In this document: positions 1 through 12,551 of the stretch, piece after piece
Layout of the letters: each line of letters starts with the position of its first letter
Position numbering within the stretch: position 1 is the first letter of the stretch
Assembly (NCBI GenBank): GCA_012295275.1
Contig: CM022672.1
Span: 26,908,001 to 26,972,000, forward strand
Direction of reading: 5' to 3'
Length of the DNA stretch: 64,000 bases
Source: Chrysomallon squamiferum
Lineage: Eukaryota > Animalia > Mollusca
Translations under genes and position numbers: made by a program
The notes under the pieces: model-generated
What the model was told of the DNA's origin: nothing
What the model saw: the letters and a program-made list of their open reading frames with translations, nothing else
Databases searched by the model: none

Positions 1-580
1 GTCTTCAGTGGTTTGTGCCAGATTATCCGTGTTTGAAAATTAATCTGACAGCTTTTGTACCGGTTACTGATAGTGTAAATAATAAATGAATCATCAGTCG
101 ATGTTTGCAGATTTCCTAATGCAAAAAGATTATAGGCTTTTAACATGTCAAACGTATGAACTTTCTTAAAGAGTACGAGAATAAACTTGTTGTCATTAAG
201 CACCAAATGATCTTTCTTACTACCTTCTCTAAGGCAGGAAAATACGTAACAGCCGTGGAGAATTGACTGGAACGGAAAATAAACAAATATAATCATTAGT
301 TTTGTAGTAATAATAGTTGTAGTTGACGTAGTTGACGTAGCAGCAGCGTCAGACACAGGTGTAGTGGCAGTAACAGAGACGAAGAAATAAATGCAGCGAA
401 GTCGAAGAATAAAACTGACGTATTTGATCTGGGAATATGGAAAGGTGACATCCCTCAACATTTAGGATCTTTACTACAACAAACAAAAGCAACAACAACA
501 ACAAAATGAAACAACAGTCAAATATATAACAAATAAACTATAAAAACAAACAAAAAACAACTCAGAATAACACTGTACAT

Positions 581-586
581 TTTATT
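581..586 (-). terminator. Probable polyadenylation signal (AATAAA) of LMO4
   Basis: The minus strand reads CTGTAAATAAAATGTACAGTG, an AATAAA flanked by TGTA motifs. About 25 nt further on is a GU/U-rich tract (TTGTTTTTTGTTTGTTTTT, about 543-560), the canonical cleavage-site layout. Other AATAAA hexamers exist upstream, so use of this site is inferred. Confidence 0.55.
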
Positions 587-2009
587 TACAGTTTCATTTC
601 TTTATAAGTTGGCCATTCTAACATAACGGTTTTACATTTGACTCTAAGTGTTATGACTGTAAAAATCTACAGATTCACATTCATCGTTAACTTGTAAAAC
701 CTATGTACAAAATGACCAAAGCACACCAAACTGAACTCTACAGACTGTCTGAATGAAAACACTGCAGAGTGGACAACATACACACATCAACAAAAGTAAC
801 GCACAAGCGAGAGGGAACAAAAGAATACTGCAGTGATGACATTCATAAATTCATCGTTATCAATTAGAGAGAGAGAGATGTTACAGTTAAAACATCAAGA
901 TGAACAACAGAGAACGTGTTTATTAAACCATTTTACATTCAAGGCGTGTTCAATATAAATTTTATTTTATTTTACCGTTGTTTATGACGTCACTGTCGTT
1001 GTGACCTGTCTATAATTTCGTAATGATCATCATTTCTTTCTACATCTACTCTAGAAATGTAAGTCGCACGGAATCATCGTTCAGTCAGAAAAGGATGTGA
1101 CGTCATAGTCATCTTTATTACACTTGAATACAAACAGTTTCATAAACACGGACTTTTGCCGAGAATACATTAACCCTAACCATTCAAACTGTTTCCACTA
1201 AAAAATAAAATATAAAAATATAAAATAAAAGAAATAATGGTTAAAAAAATTTAATAAAATGAAAAATAAGAATTGTGCTCTGTGTTGGGATACTATTTAT
1301 ATCTTGCCTTCCTCCACCGGGATGGTACATGATACTACATTATACATGTACATATATGACACGACCCGACACTACCCGAATCTTTCTTAATATTATCTTG
1401 TGAAAAATCCTATAATTATTTCTATTTTTTAATAGACAATGTCAGTGCTATATCATAATCTTGCAGTATTTTACTTAACGTTACTAAGTACTAGTCCAGA
1501 ACATCGTAAATGAACTTGTATTTGGATCTCAATTCGGTTTTTTGTTGTTGTTTTTTCTCCTTTTATTCACGATTTATTTCGCGACTTTAAACTGTGTTAC
1601 ATGAGTCTTGTCTATATGTGTTACCGTTACGTAGGTGCTATGAATAGTAACTATGTAGACAATCAGATGTAGAGAAAGCACATAATCTGTTGTAGAGGTG
1701 AGTTTCGGCTCGACACCGCTGGGAAATGCATTCCGTTCATTAAAAAGCAGCAGACAGGATCACGGATCGTGGTTCATCGCAAGGTCAGAGCACATTTACG
1801 TCCGTGTTATTTTAACGAACAATAATAATATCAATATTTCCATTAGAAACGCATTATCGTATTGACTAGTACTTTCAATCCGCTCGACTTATACATAATT
1901 AATTAACAATTAGTGAGGTGATATCTGATCTACCAGGGCCAAATGTACTCAAGCTGTGTTGTATTCATAGTGCAAATTATAAAGAGGCCTTTTATTTAGT
2001 AATTAATTT

Positions 2010-2137
2010 ATTATTATTACTACTACTACTAAGGCTACTACTATTAATATCTTTATTATTATTATTACTACTATTACTATTCTTCTTATTATTACAATTA
2101 CTGTTGTTATTATTATTATTATTAGTAGTAGTAGTAA

Positions 2138-2190
<53 letters not shown>

Positions 2191-2236
2191 ATAGTAGTAG
2201 TAGTAGTAGTAGTAGTAGTAATAGTAGTAGTAGTAG
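2010..2236. repeat. Compound trinucleotide microsatellite (TTA/CTA)n followed by (TAG)n
   Basis: Directly visible; it produces the poly-Leu and poly-Val ORFs 1918..2241 and 2003..2239. Confidence 0.95.
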
Positions 2237-2689
2237 CATAAATGTTAGTTTAATATCTGTATAAACAAAACATTATTTATTGTAATCCCGAATTTTTTAA
2301 TCTGAGGAAACATTTCAATAATAACAAATCATGGCTATAGTAAAAGTAATATGTACTAGGTTATTATTATTATTATTATTATATAATTTGCCATAAAATT
2401 AGTATTTTAGAATCACTGATGCTACAAGAGTAAAAACAATATTAACTACAACCATTTCTGTTATAAATACGATATGATACAACCATACCAAGAACGACGA
2501 AAAGGAACATTGGTTTCACAAAATAATTCAGATATCTGACAGACTGTTACAATATGATCACAGATCAATGAATACTTGGTGAATTTGCCATTCATTTTTA
2601 AAAGTATTGATATTCAACCTTCTATCACTCCGCCAGAACTGAACGAAGAAAGGAGTAAAGCGGTCCGATATAGTTCATTATTAATTTAC

Positions 2690-2790
2690 TTATTATTATT
2701 ATCATTATTACCATCATCATTATCATCATCATAATCATTATATTTATTAATTCTATTATCATCAACATCATCATTATAATCATTGTATTA

Positions 2791-2856
<66 letters not shown>
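2690..2856. repeat. (ATC/ATT)n degenerate tract followed by (TAT)n microsatellite
   Basis: Directly visible; it explains the poly-Ile/Met ORF 2625..2897. Confidence 0.93.
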
Positions 2857-2858
<2 letters not shown>

Positions 2859-3500
2859 AAATACTTTCGTAAAATAATGCAACACAGTTATTGACAATAT
2901 TTAGGCTTTGGCAAACCTCTCAGCAACATTCGCAAGAGAACTGAAATGGGTTTTCGTCTATTTTCAGAATGAAATCTAACACTAAAACAAAGACTGTTTA
3001 AGAAAGGACATAAAAAGATAATGTGAAATAATGTACTATTGCAAAATTATAATTTAAAAGTAAAATTTTTAAAAAATAATAATAAAATTAAAAAAAAAAA
3101 AAAAAAAAAACGGGGAGTTTTTCTAAACAAGAAATCAGTTTGAATTATCAAGATTTAACAAAATACCCATAAAGTTTCTGAAACAGTTGCAAACTTAAGT
3201 ACGTTCAAACGTTTCAATTAAAACCCGAAAATTGTGTTTTACTATTAGTTTGGGAGAACATGATTTGATAAACCGTAACAATAACAGAATTTGGTGGTGT
3301 ATAAAAATCCTAAAGCTAAAAACAATTTTAATTTTGCCATATACAGATAAAGATAAACGCTTAGAGGGTGCTACCCCCACCCAACCCCCCCCCAAAAAAA
3401 AAAAAAAAAAAAATTAAAATTAACCATAGTTCACGTCAGCTTTAAACGTACGAGTATAATATGAAAAAAAATGACATTCACGAAGTTTCAAACAATGTAA

Positions 3501-3534
<34 letters not shown>

Positions 3535-4205
3535 TACGAAATACAAACAATTAAAGTTGCTGTTTTAACACTTTAAAGAAGAAAAAAATAAAAATAATTT
3601 TTTTTTTTTTTTTTTATTCCAAACAACCAATAGCTTCTTAAACAAATATTAGGAGGAAAACACTCACACTATCTCTGTGTGCAAAAACGTGTTAAATACC
3701 GCTAAATAAACTGTTTTAGCACTCTAAGTTCCACGTTCAAAGTCATGTATAATTCGTCCGTTTTCCTTTTCGTCATGTGCGTTCCGGATTGGTTGTTTGC
3801 ACTTTGGTGACGTTTGGCTAAACAATCACGCAGAAGACAACGCAAGTACCAAACGACAATCAACAATTTCCCGCCACTGCCGAAGTCTATTATCTAGTGG
3901 ATCGTCATGTCAAGTTCGCTGACTCTCGGCAAATATTTGTCGACCAATTCTTTCCAGGAATAGAGGAAAAAAGAAAAAAAAAAATGTAAAGATGCTGTGT
4001 CGTTAAGACCATTGTAGTCGTTAACCACATCAGAACTAGACTAGATCCGAAATCAACGTTTTTGTTTTGAGTCTGCAAGGCTTAGTGTGAATCGTTTGTT
4101 TCCGTAAACATGGCAAGTGTTTCCAGTTAGGCGGGAATCTCTCTCTGTTGTTGCAGAAGTCACGCGGTCAACAAATTGGAAACGGAACGTCGCTGAGTTT
4201 CTTTA

Positions 4206-4214
4206 TCAGGAGAC
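4206..4214 (-). CDS. LMO4: LMO4 terminal coding exon (Val-Ser-stop), continuing as 3' UTR
   Basis: The minus strand reads ttgttgtttacttcgcag|GTC TCC TGA TAA. Phase 0 matches the donor after ...THK at 11166, and the resulting K|VS* end parallels the K|VC* end recalled for vertebrate LMO4. Confidence 0.75.
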   Translation of the reverse strand, partial: VS

Positions 4215-5958
4215 CTGCGAAGTAAACAACAAAATGTTAATTTCAGTACAATTTGTAAAAAAATGTATTATTATTATTTATATAGTGATCAGGTTTTGCG
4301 CATAATACCAAAAGTAATGAAATAATTATGTAAATTGAGGTTTTTAAAATTATTATTGTTATTTTGAAAAAAATATTTGTGTGTGTGTGTTGTTGTTTTT
4401 TTGTGGGGGGTCTCCTTTTTTGTGGGTTTTTTTACACGTTAAAAATGAATGCATATTTATAATATCAAACGGCAGCTCATGTACAAATACTTCCATTCAC
4501 AAGAAGAAAAAAAATAAATCAAATTTGACACCAAATCATACCAAATTACAAAAATAACAGCTCCACTTTATTTATATTTTAATTTATTTATTGAAAGAAA
4601 CCCTAAATATACAATACATCACACAGGATACAATTAATTTTTCATTTTTTTATAGAAAATACTAAATTCCTTTTTTAATGCGTTCCTGAATGCAAGTGCG
4701 ACTGCAGGCTATTTATTTTTATTAAATTTTCAAAGGTAAATGATTATTTTGCTAAAAACTGTATTGATAGAATCCCTTAAGAGTAAATAATAAATCATTA
4801 AAGAGGCAAATGGAGAGAGATTACAGTACGGCCCGCCTGTACGTTTCCAAACCACTATAGCGGATCAAAGACGACATTAACGGTTTTAATTTGCTTTCTG
4901 GAAATAGCTTTTTCCTCCATCATCGATTCGGACGAAATTAATTCGGGTGGGTCCGCCGAGTCGTCCCGTGTGTGCGCGCATCTTTCTTCAGAGGAGCGTT
5001 TTCGTCAACAGCAATTATGAGAGAGAAACTTGAACATCAAATATTTATGATCGTCTGTTATGCAACGCTAATTAGCGCACAGTGGTCAGCAATGATTAAG
5101 CGTGTCAGCACACTCAATTAAGATAATTAGATGGAGTAAAGCAGGGAAACTGTCGTGTTGTTAATCAAGTCTCTGTTCTCGGGCCAGCTCGATCGATCAG
5201 TCTGCATTAGTTAATGAAGTGACCCTTGTCAGACCATTTGACCCTTGAGATGCGCCGCGGTAAAACGTCGAACTGGGCTTTGGACACGTTCTGAGAGCAC
5301 CTTCTCGTCACCCTTTTTTTTCTTCTTTTATTACAGTCATTTCATGTTTGTGGTGACCGTTAATACGTCTAAGTACTCGCTCCCCAAATAAACCCCCGGC
5401 TCAAACCAAAAAAAAGCGTCTTTCCTCGATGAATGTGCTGCATTTTGAAACGCTGACAGCTTTCTGTGAAAAGCTGATTTACTTCGCTGGACGTCGCAGC
5501 TGAAGTTTGATCATTGTTAAAACGGAGTTTGTTTCTCGATGCGATTTCATCTTGAGTAGTTTGTCAAATGTAATGAAATTTCTCGTTTTAAAAATAAATC
5601 GGACAAATCGATTTATTCACAATGTGTTAGTAATACAGCTGCTACGTTTTTAATCAACGATTTTTAAATGCGTGTATGCTTTCGTGAGTTTGCACATACG
5701 CATATTGACTGAATTAGTTTAAGAGCATGGGCTGCTGTATTATTACAAACTCAAAATTCCTTTACCATCAACTGAGGTCTTAATTTTTTGTATGGCTGCA
5801 TGCCCAACCATGTTTGTATTTATATGAATGCTGTTTTTGAGAAGCATATTTCTTCTGTTTCCTGCTCTACTTCTGTGTTGTTTAACTTCTCCGTTCAATC
5901 CACACTCGTCTTCTCCTTTATTTTCTTTTGTCTCTGCACGCTCCTACCTCTCCTACTC

Positions 5959-6074
<116 letters not shown>

Positions 6075-6661
6075 TGCCATCGTTTCATTCACCCTTTTTC
6101 TTTTCTTCCATCTATCCATGTACCATATCTTTCTTCTATCCATCCAACTATTCATCCTTCCTTCTGTATACCCATTTGTCTGACAATCCATATCTTCGTC
6201 GTCGTTCTTTCTCTCTCCACGTCCACATTAGGCCACTGACCACATTAGAGAAGGAATGACCAGAGACTTGCTGAGTGTAATTGTCTTTAAGATGCATTTG
6301 ACACCAAACTCCTCCAGGAAATCAGATAAAGTAGAGAAATGACCACGAGGAAATGAAACACACCACACATCATGTCCACAAGGAAATCTGACATTTCTCG
6401 CGTCACTCTTAATTTTTATTAGTTATATTCATTATCGTGTTTTCAGATCACAACCAATACCAGTGTCTGTTTCCTTGCCCATTTGGGCCTCGGTGTGTGT
6501 GTGTGTGTGTGTGTGTTTATGCATGTATGTATGTGTAAAAGGTATATAATGTACAACGTGAGTATTCAACTCGAGCATGTACTTGATATACATATACACA
6601 CACATACACACATAACGTCTTCCCCTTTACATGTATACCAGGAAATACACACAGAGAGGGG

Positions 6662-6663
<2 letters not shown>

Positions 6664-6746
<83 letters not shown>
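6664..6746. repeat. (GA)n microsatellite
   Basis: Directly visible; it is preceded by a shorter (GT)n tract at about 6493-6516. Confidence 0.97.
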
Positions 6747-6747
<1 letters not shown>

Positions 6748-7036
6748 AGAAAACAAAACAACTTATTTTAAAAAATGCAAAATTATAAAATTTAAAGAAA
6801 AATGAATTTAAATTACAGCTACAATTAAAACAGCCTATGAGCAGCATGATATAACAAACTTTTTAAGACGACACTGAAAATGCTATAAATTAAAAATAAG
6901 TTTTAATTTATTTTCCTATAATAATTACTCCGTGAATCAACAGTCGATAACAAATTACTTATGACAGTATAAAAAAAACAAAAAAAAAACAAGTTATCTA
7001 ATTTTATCACCTCTTGTTTTTTTTAAATATTTAATA

Positions 7037-7067
<31 letters not shown>

Positions 7068-7229
7068 ATTGTTTATTTTGACACAACAAATCAAAAATTA
7101 TTTTCTTTCTCACATCGGTTTTAATTAATTTATTTTGTAACACTCCACGATTAAATTTAGTATAACAAAACGCCAACAGAAAATTAAGATCTTTGCCGTT
7201 CTTAAGGAGTTTTTGCGAGGGCCGTGGTG

Positions 7230-7240
<11 letters not shown>

Positions 7241-7306
<66 letters not shown>
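7241..7306. repeat. (AC)33 microsatellite
   Basis: Directly visible. Confidence 0.97.
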
Positions 7307-7309
<3 letters not shown>

Positions 7310-7975
7310 TACTGTGTTATAGTAATTCATTAGTTTAACGAGTAATCCGCTTTCCGCGTTAATAAACGCCATCTTTGAAAATCTCTACACAATAATAATC
7401 AAGATTTTTACGGCCGCGCTAAAATCAGAAAGTTGAGACTCGGCATCAGTTATCGAATCCTAATTTCAGTTTTCATCTAACGGATCAATTTACTCTTTTC
7501 CCAGCTAATAGTAAGCACATATGGAAAGCCTTCTTCATGCTGGAAGACCTCACACAGAGAAGACAACACGACGATTCCATTGCCGCAGATGGCCAACAAA
7601 TTACGCGCCAGCATGCCGTGATTTAGTGACCGGCTGAAGTCTATGGGTTGTACGAAACAAGGAAAAGATCCATGTTTTCCAGATCTCGGGGCGTTAAAAA
7701 AATATAAAAATCTGTCAGAGAAATGTGTTTGAAGAAGAAAAACGAGCACATTAATTCCTCATTTAATGCGTATCATGTTTTGCGTGGTGAACGGTTCCAG
7801 GCAGAACACATACCACTTCTCAGTCAGGTTGCTTCGGTCTGTCAACGCCGCTACATTTTCTCTTCTTTTTTTTTTTTTTTTTTTTTTGTCTGTCCTTTGT
7901 TGTTACGAATGTACCAAGTGAAACCGCTCAAAGATCCGTCCGTCCAACACTCAAAAGAAACATTTCCAGACCCGA

Positions 7976-8430
7976 ATGAAAGAAGAAATTATTTTTAAAG
8001 AGAACGAAAGATAAATGAACGAACAAGGAAGAAACGAAAGAAATGACAGAAATAAAACAAGGACGGAAGAGAGGAAAAGAAACTTTGGTTAAAATTGAAG
8101 AAATAAAGGAATTTTAAAACGTGCTTGCTATAAAAACGAAAAGCAGGGAAAGAAATAAAGAAAAGAAGAAAAGTCGAGAAAAAGAAACGAAACAAAAACG
8201 TACAAGAAAGAAACGAAGGAAGAAACAAAAAAAAAAAAAAAAGTATAGAAGTAAAAAATAAATCACTTACAGAAATAAACTAAAGAAGAAAAAAAAAATA
8301 TAAAACAAAAAAGGTAGAAGGGAAGAAAAATGGTAGAAAAAAACAAACATGAAATGAACAACAAAAAAAACCTAAGTAAAACAAAAATAAAGAAAATGGT
8401 AAACAGAATATTTTACAAAGAAAAAACATG
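7976..8430. repeat. A-rich purine low-complexity region
   Basis: Long run of GAAA/AAAG/AAAC-type units; this is polypyrimidine on the LMO4 sense strand. Confidence 0.8.
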
Positions 8431-10748
8431 GCAGGGAATCTTCACAAGCGGAGGAACCATACTGACGACAGATTTTGGAATTGCCTGCAATAAAACTGCC
8501 AAACTCCTATAAAATGGTCTCTCGCCGGATTTTTTTTCTCCACCGAACTCGGCAGGCATTGCGCAACATCTTGTAAACGCGATCTGCTAAATGCCACAAT
8601 CGCTTTGCAACAATAAATGTATGCTTGACGCCAATTACTTGAACTAGATTGCCTTTTAGGCATCATCATTCTATTACTGGAACTGTCTGTCTGTGTTTAA
8701 AAAAACAGAGACGAACATCAATCTGTTAGATAGAAGTTCACGTGGTACTGACAGAGGTGTTTTTTATATACAAGTTAGTAAAGCAAGAATAGCCAACACC
8801 AACTTGTTAATGTTCTTTTGTTTGTTGTTGTTTTTTTAGTTTATTCACATCTCGGTTATTTGAATAATACTAACTGACTAACCAGCTAACAAAGTTATTC
8901 GTATTTGAGACAGGCGATATGAAAAATCAGTAAAAATCTACAGTAAATAAACAAACTACAGAGCCATGGCTAGAACAGGAAAAGGCCTGACAGGTGCTCT
9001 AATGAAGACTGATCACAATAACTGAAGGATCCCTCCATTATTACAGAAAAATTTCAGCTGAAGAAAGGTTTATCTCTGTATTACAGATACATGTATATCA
9101 CTGAACAATAAAAAAAATATAAAAATAAAATAGATATAAAAGTTAGAAGATGATGAATGAATGTTTACACTGAGTTTCTTTTTTTAAACTAATTATCTCG
9201 GGCCTCAATGAGATGTCATTTGATACGATAAAATGTTTAATGAAAGACAGGAACAAAATGAGCCATGTTGGTAGCTCTAGACGTATGTGTAAATATTCTA
9301 TACATTACCATCAAAATATCTCAGAAAGCATCGGTCAAAAAAGCATTTGATGTCAAAAACAAAGTCTTAATCTGGATCAATACAAGAAAGACTGACGCAC
9401 CCTATCTCGATTTTAAAGTGGATTAATACCAGCGTTCAAGATAATATTTAAATTGGTTCAGCATAAGAAATTTGGGCAACATCATCCTGATTTCAATTCC
9501 GGACACCGAACCGAAGTGAAATTTGTTTATGAAAAGATGGTTCACTGAAGGCAATCATAAAATTACAAGTAACGGGAGACATGGGAAAAATAATATTTGT
9601 TTAAGAATTATATAACACATTATTCTGATGGCTCACACCATAAAAATGTCAGTGCCATACAGCATGGCAACGGGAGCCATTGCTAACCAATGACAATTTA
9701 AAAAAAAAAATTAAATTAAAAAATAAATATTCATGTGAGCCTGAACAATTTTTATTTCTTTTCAGTGGAGAACGATTCACCTTGGAAACGCATCTCTTAT
9801 TACATGTACATGAAAATGAAGATCAACACAACACAAAAACATCAATAAGTATAACAATCACACGTCAAGGATTAACTTCAGTATCATTCTAGAAGTTTGA
9901 CAGTGGCGGAACTGAAAAGAAGGCTCTGGCATCTCTTTCTTCGGCAACAACCGAGAATCTCAGCCAATTCGATAAACCGGTCAGTCAGTCAGTCAGTCAT
10001 ACGATCTGAAACGTTCTTACGACCATACAAGATTCGCACATGGGATCCTGGCGTATCTGCCTAAGACTAGTGTTTAGGGTTGCTGGTTACAGCGTCAGTT
10101 TGAAATAACTGACTTTCTGGTGATCACAAGAGTCCCCTATCATTTGCAGATAGGAACCGGTACGGGGAAACAATTCAATTGTTACTGCTTGTGATACAGC
10201 CATTATAAACCCGGGCCTGTTTAAACTGATAACAGATGTCCAAGCATTGCGTGTGGCCTCCTAAATAAGAATATTATGGCTCGTTTGACACTAACAATTT
10301 TTTTTTTAAATTCCTGTTTAACATATTTTCAAGATGATATGGATACCATAATTCATTATGCATCTATACTAGTGTTGTGGTTGTTAAACACTTCACCAAA
10401 AAAAAAAAAAAAAAAAGATAAATGTTAAAAAAAAAAAGATGGAATATAAACAAGTCGTTAACTTAATTTTTGAAAGAAAAAGAAATCGTTCTGAAAAAAA
10501 AAATGATAATAATAAAAACAGACAATAAAAAAAGGAAATAAAAAATTAAAAGAGGAAAAAAACGAAGATAATTAATGCTTAAAGGGGAGAGTTTCAATTT
10601 ACTTTCTCTTGGTCGGTTTGCTGTGCACGTCTTTCTCAGCCTATCTTGTTTCAGCTCTTTTTAATTATAAGAAAACATAATTATGTCATTTTTATGTTTT
10701 ACTTCCTTTTTAATTATTGATTTTTTTAAATTAAAAATATATATTATC

Positions 10749-10784
<36 letters not shown>

Positions 10785-10956
10785 TTATTACTATTATTAT
10801 TATTATTATTATTATTTTTTTTTTTTTTTTTCATTTGGAGATGTTCAGTTAAAATAGTTAAGTCCCTAATGCCTCAAGTCTCAGACCTAAACGTAATGAG
10901 ATCCTCATTAACATGAGTCAGAAGGAAAAAAAAAAATGGCAAAGATACTAACAAAC

Positions 10957-10968
10957 CACACACACACA

Positions 10969-11026
<58 letters not shown>
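10957..11026. repeat. (CA)n microsatellite about 140 nt downstream of the LMO4 exon 3 donor
   Basis: Directly visible; reads (UG)n in the pre-mRNA. Confidence 0.96.
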
Positions 11027-11030
<4 letters not shown>

Positions 11031-11165
11031 AACAAAGAAAAAGTACATGAACATTGATAAACATCAGGCCACACAAAACATGAGGTGGATTCGCACACAC
11101 TGCTTTATCATGTCTTCTGCATTTCAAAAGCATTTTCCCATCCGAAAAGGAATTTGATTATCTAC

Positions 11166-11403
11166 CTTGTGCGTTGCCCTTGGTGGTAGAGAGTTGTGTC
11201 CCTTTAGCATCTTTGGATAGTCCTGTTCACAAACTAAACTGCCGTTAATAATCCCGAATCTGTCGCCGGGCTGCAGTGGACCGTGACACGACACGCACGT
11301 GAAACACTTGAGATGATAGACACTGGCCTGCACGCGCATCACCAGTTCGTTGGCGGGAATGGTCTGCGAGCAGGCGGCACACGTTCCACCAGACCCGAAT
11401 AAT
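11166..11403 (-). CDS. LMO4: LMO4 coding exon 3 (second LIM domain and C-terminal tail)
   Basis: Acceptor ttttttcacag|A TTA TTC GGG and donor CAC AAG|gtagat. Encodes LFGSGGTCAACSQTIPANELVMRVQASVYHLKCFTCVSCHGPLQPGDRFGIINGSLVCEQD..., with an intact C-x2-C...H-x2-C-x2-C-x2-C...C-x2-D LIM pattern closely matching LMO4 LIM2. Confidence 0.96.
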
Positions 11404-12464
11404 CTGTGAAAAAAACACATTTAAATATATTAACAGAAAATAACATGTATCCAGATCTATGTTTATTAGTCAATATGAACGAAAACGAAACACGACCGTG
11501 CATATTTTATTACGGATCAATGAGGTAACACGTGGCTTGCATGATGGGATAACGATCACGTAATTGGGTGTCCCGGAAGTTAATAAATCTTAATAGCATA
11601 AAATGATCAACGAACCAGAACAAATCCTCCAACACATAAAATCTATATCTACAGTTATTTACAGTCACGATAATAACTAACACATCGACTGAATTAAAAA
11701 CAAAAACGAGGTTTTAAAAACGTGGAGAAAAGTAAACGTGAAGTGTAAAACCATTGGAATTGAAAGTACTGAGAACACAATATTTAAAAAAAATAAACAA
11801 ATAAAAACTGTGTGTACAAGATTATCTAAAAACAGACTTACAAACTATTTTCGTAAAGTAAATGTTTAAACCTATTACATATCATGACATACATACATAA
11901 ACACGCATACACGAAAATACACAAACGTATACATAATATATCCAAATCGACTTCATTACCATATATCCCTTAAAGCCAATTTTCGATACTGTCATTTTGT
12001 CCATTTACCGTATATTCAATGGTAAAAGAGCCTGTCAAAGGTCGTAATTATTTCCCTAACAAGCCAGGAAAATTAACCACCAGGTAAAAAAAGAAAAAAA
12101 GAAAAAAAAATCAATGTCGTACACATCGACTGGCTTCATCAGTTTAATTACAGCAACTCGCATTACCATTGTTTGTCGTTTCAACAGAATAACGCTAATT
12201 ATGATTATCCTATCTGTACTATAAAGAGTTTTTCTAATCAAAAATCATTACCGTCCAGGTATGATTATCTCGAAATTAAACTAATATTCCTCATCTAAAA
12301 ACAACAAAAAAAAAAGTTAGAAAAAAAAACCAACTCGTTAATTAATGTATAGGTATCTTGATTTGTTCTAGATGTGGGTGTGTGCACGTATACCGAAGGA
12401 ATGAAGTATATTTGAGTGTCTGTCGTTTCTCTGTACATACTGAAGGAAATTCTGTTTAAATCAT

Positions 12465-12466
<2 letters not shown>

Positions 12467-12551
<85 letters not shown>
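12467..12551. repeat. Compound (AC)n(AG)n(ACAG)n microsatellite
   Basis: Directly visible. Confidence 0.95.

Larger units (their letters stand above)
560..4205 (-). other. LMO4: Probable long 3' UTR of LMO4 (about 3.6 kb)
   Basis: Lies between the TGA-TAA stop at 4208-4203 and the poly(A) signal at 581-586. It has no credible ORF and contains U-rich, AU-rich and TGTA elements. The distal end is inferred. Confidence 0.5.

Noticed and set aside
1171-1181. TAACCCTAACC, telomere-like repeat
   Set aside because: Fewer than two full units; expected by chance.
1918-2897. Poly-Leu, poly-Val and poly-Ile ORFs that look like membrane proteins
   Set aside because: They are translations of trinucleotide microsatellites within the probable LMO4 3' UTR.
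5440-5480. TGTGAAAAGCTGATT resembling the 3' half of bantam miRNA
   Set aside because: The seed (GAGATCA) is absent and only a 7-bp stem forms; no precursor-length hairpin.
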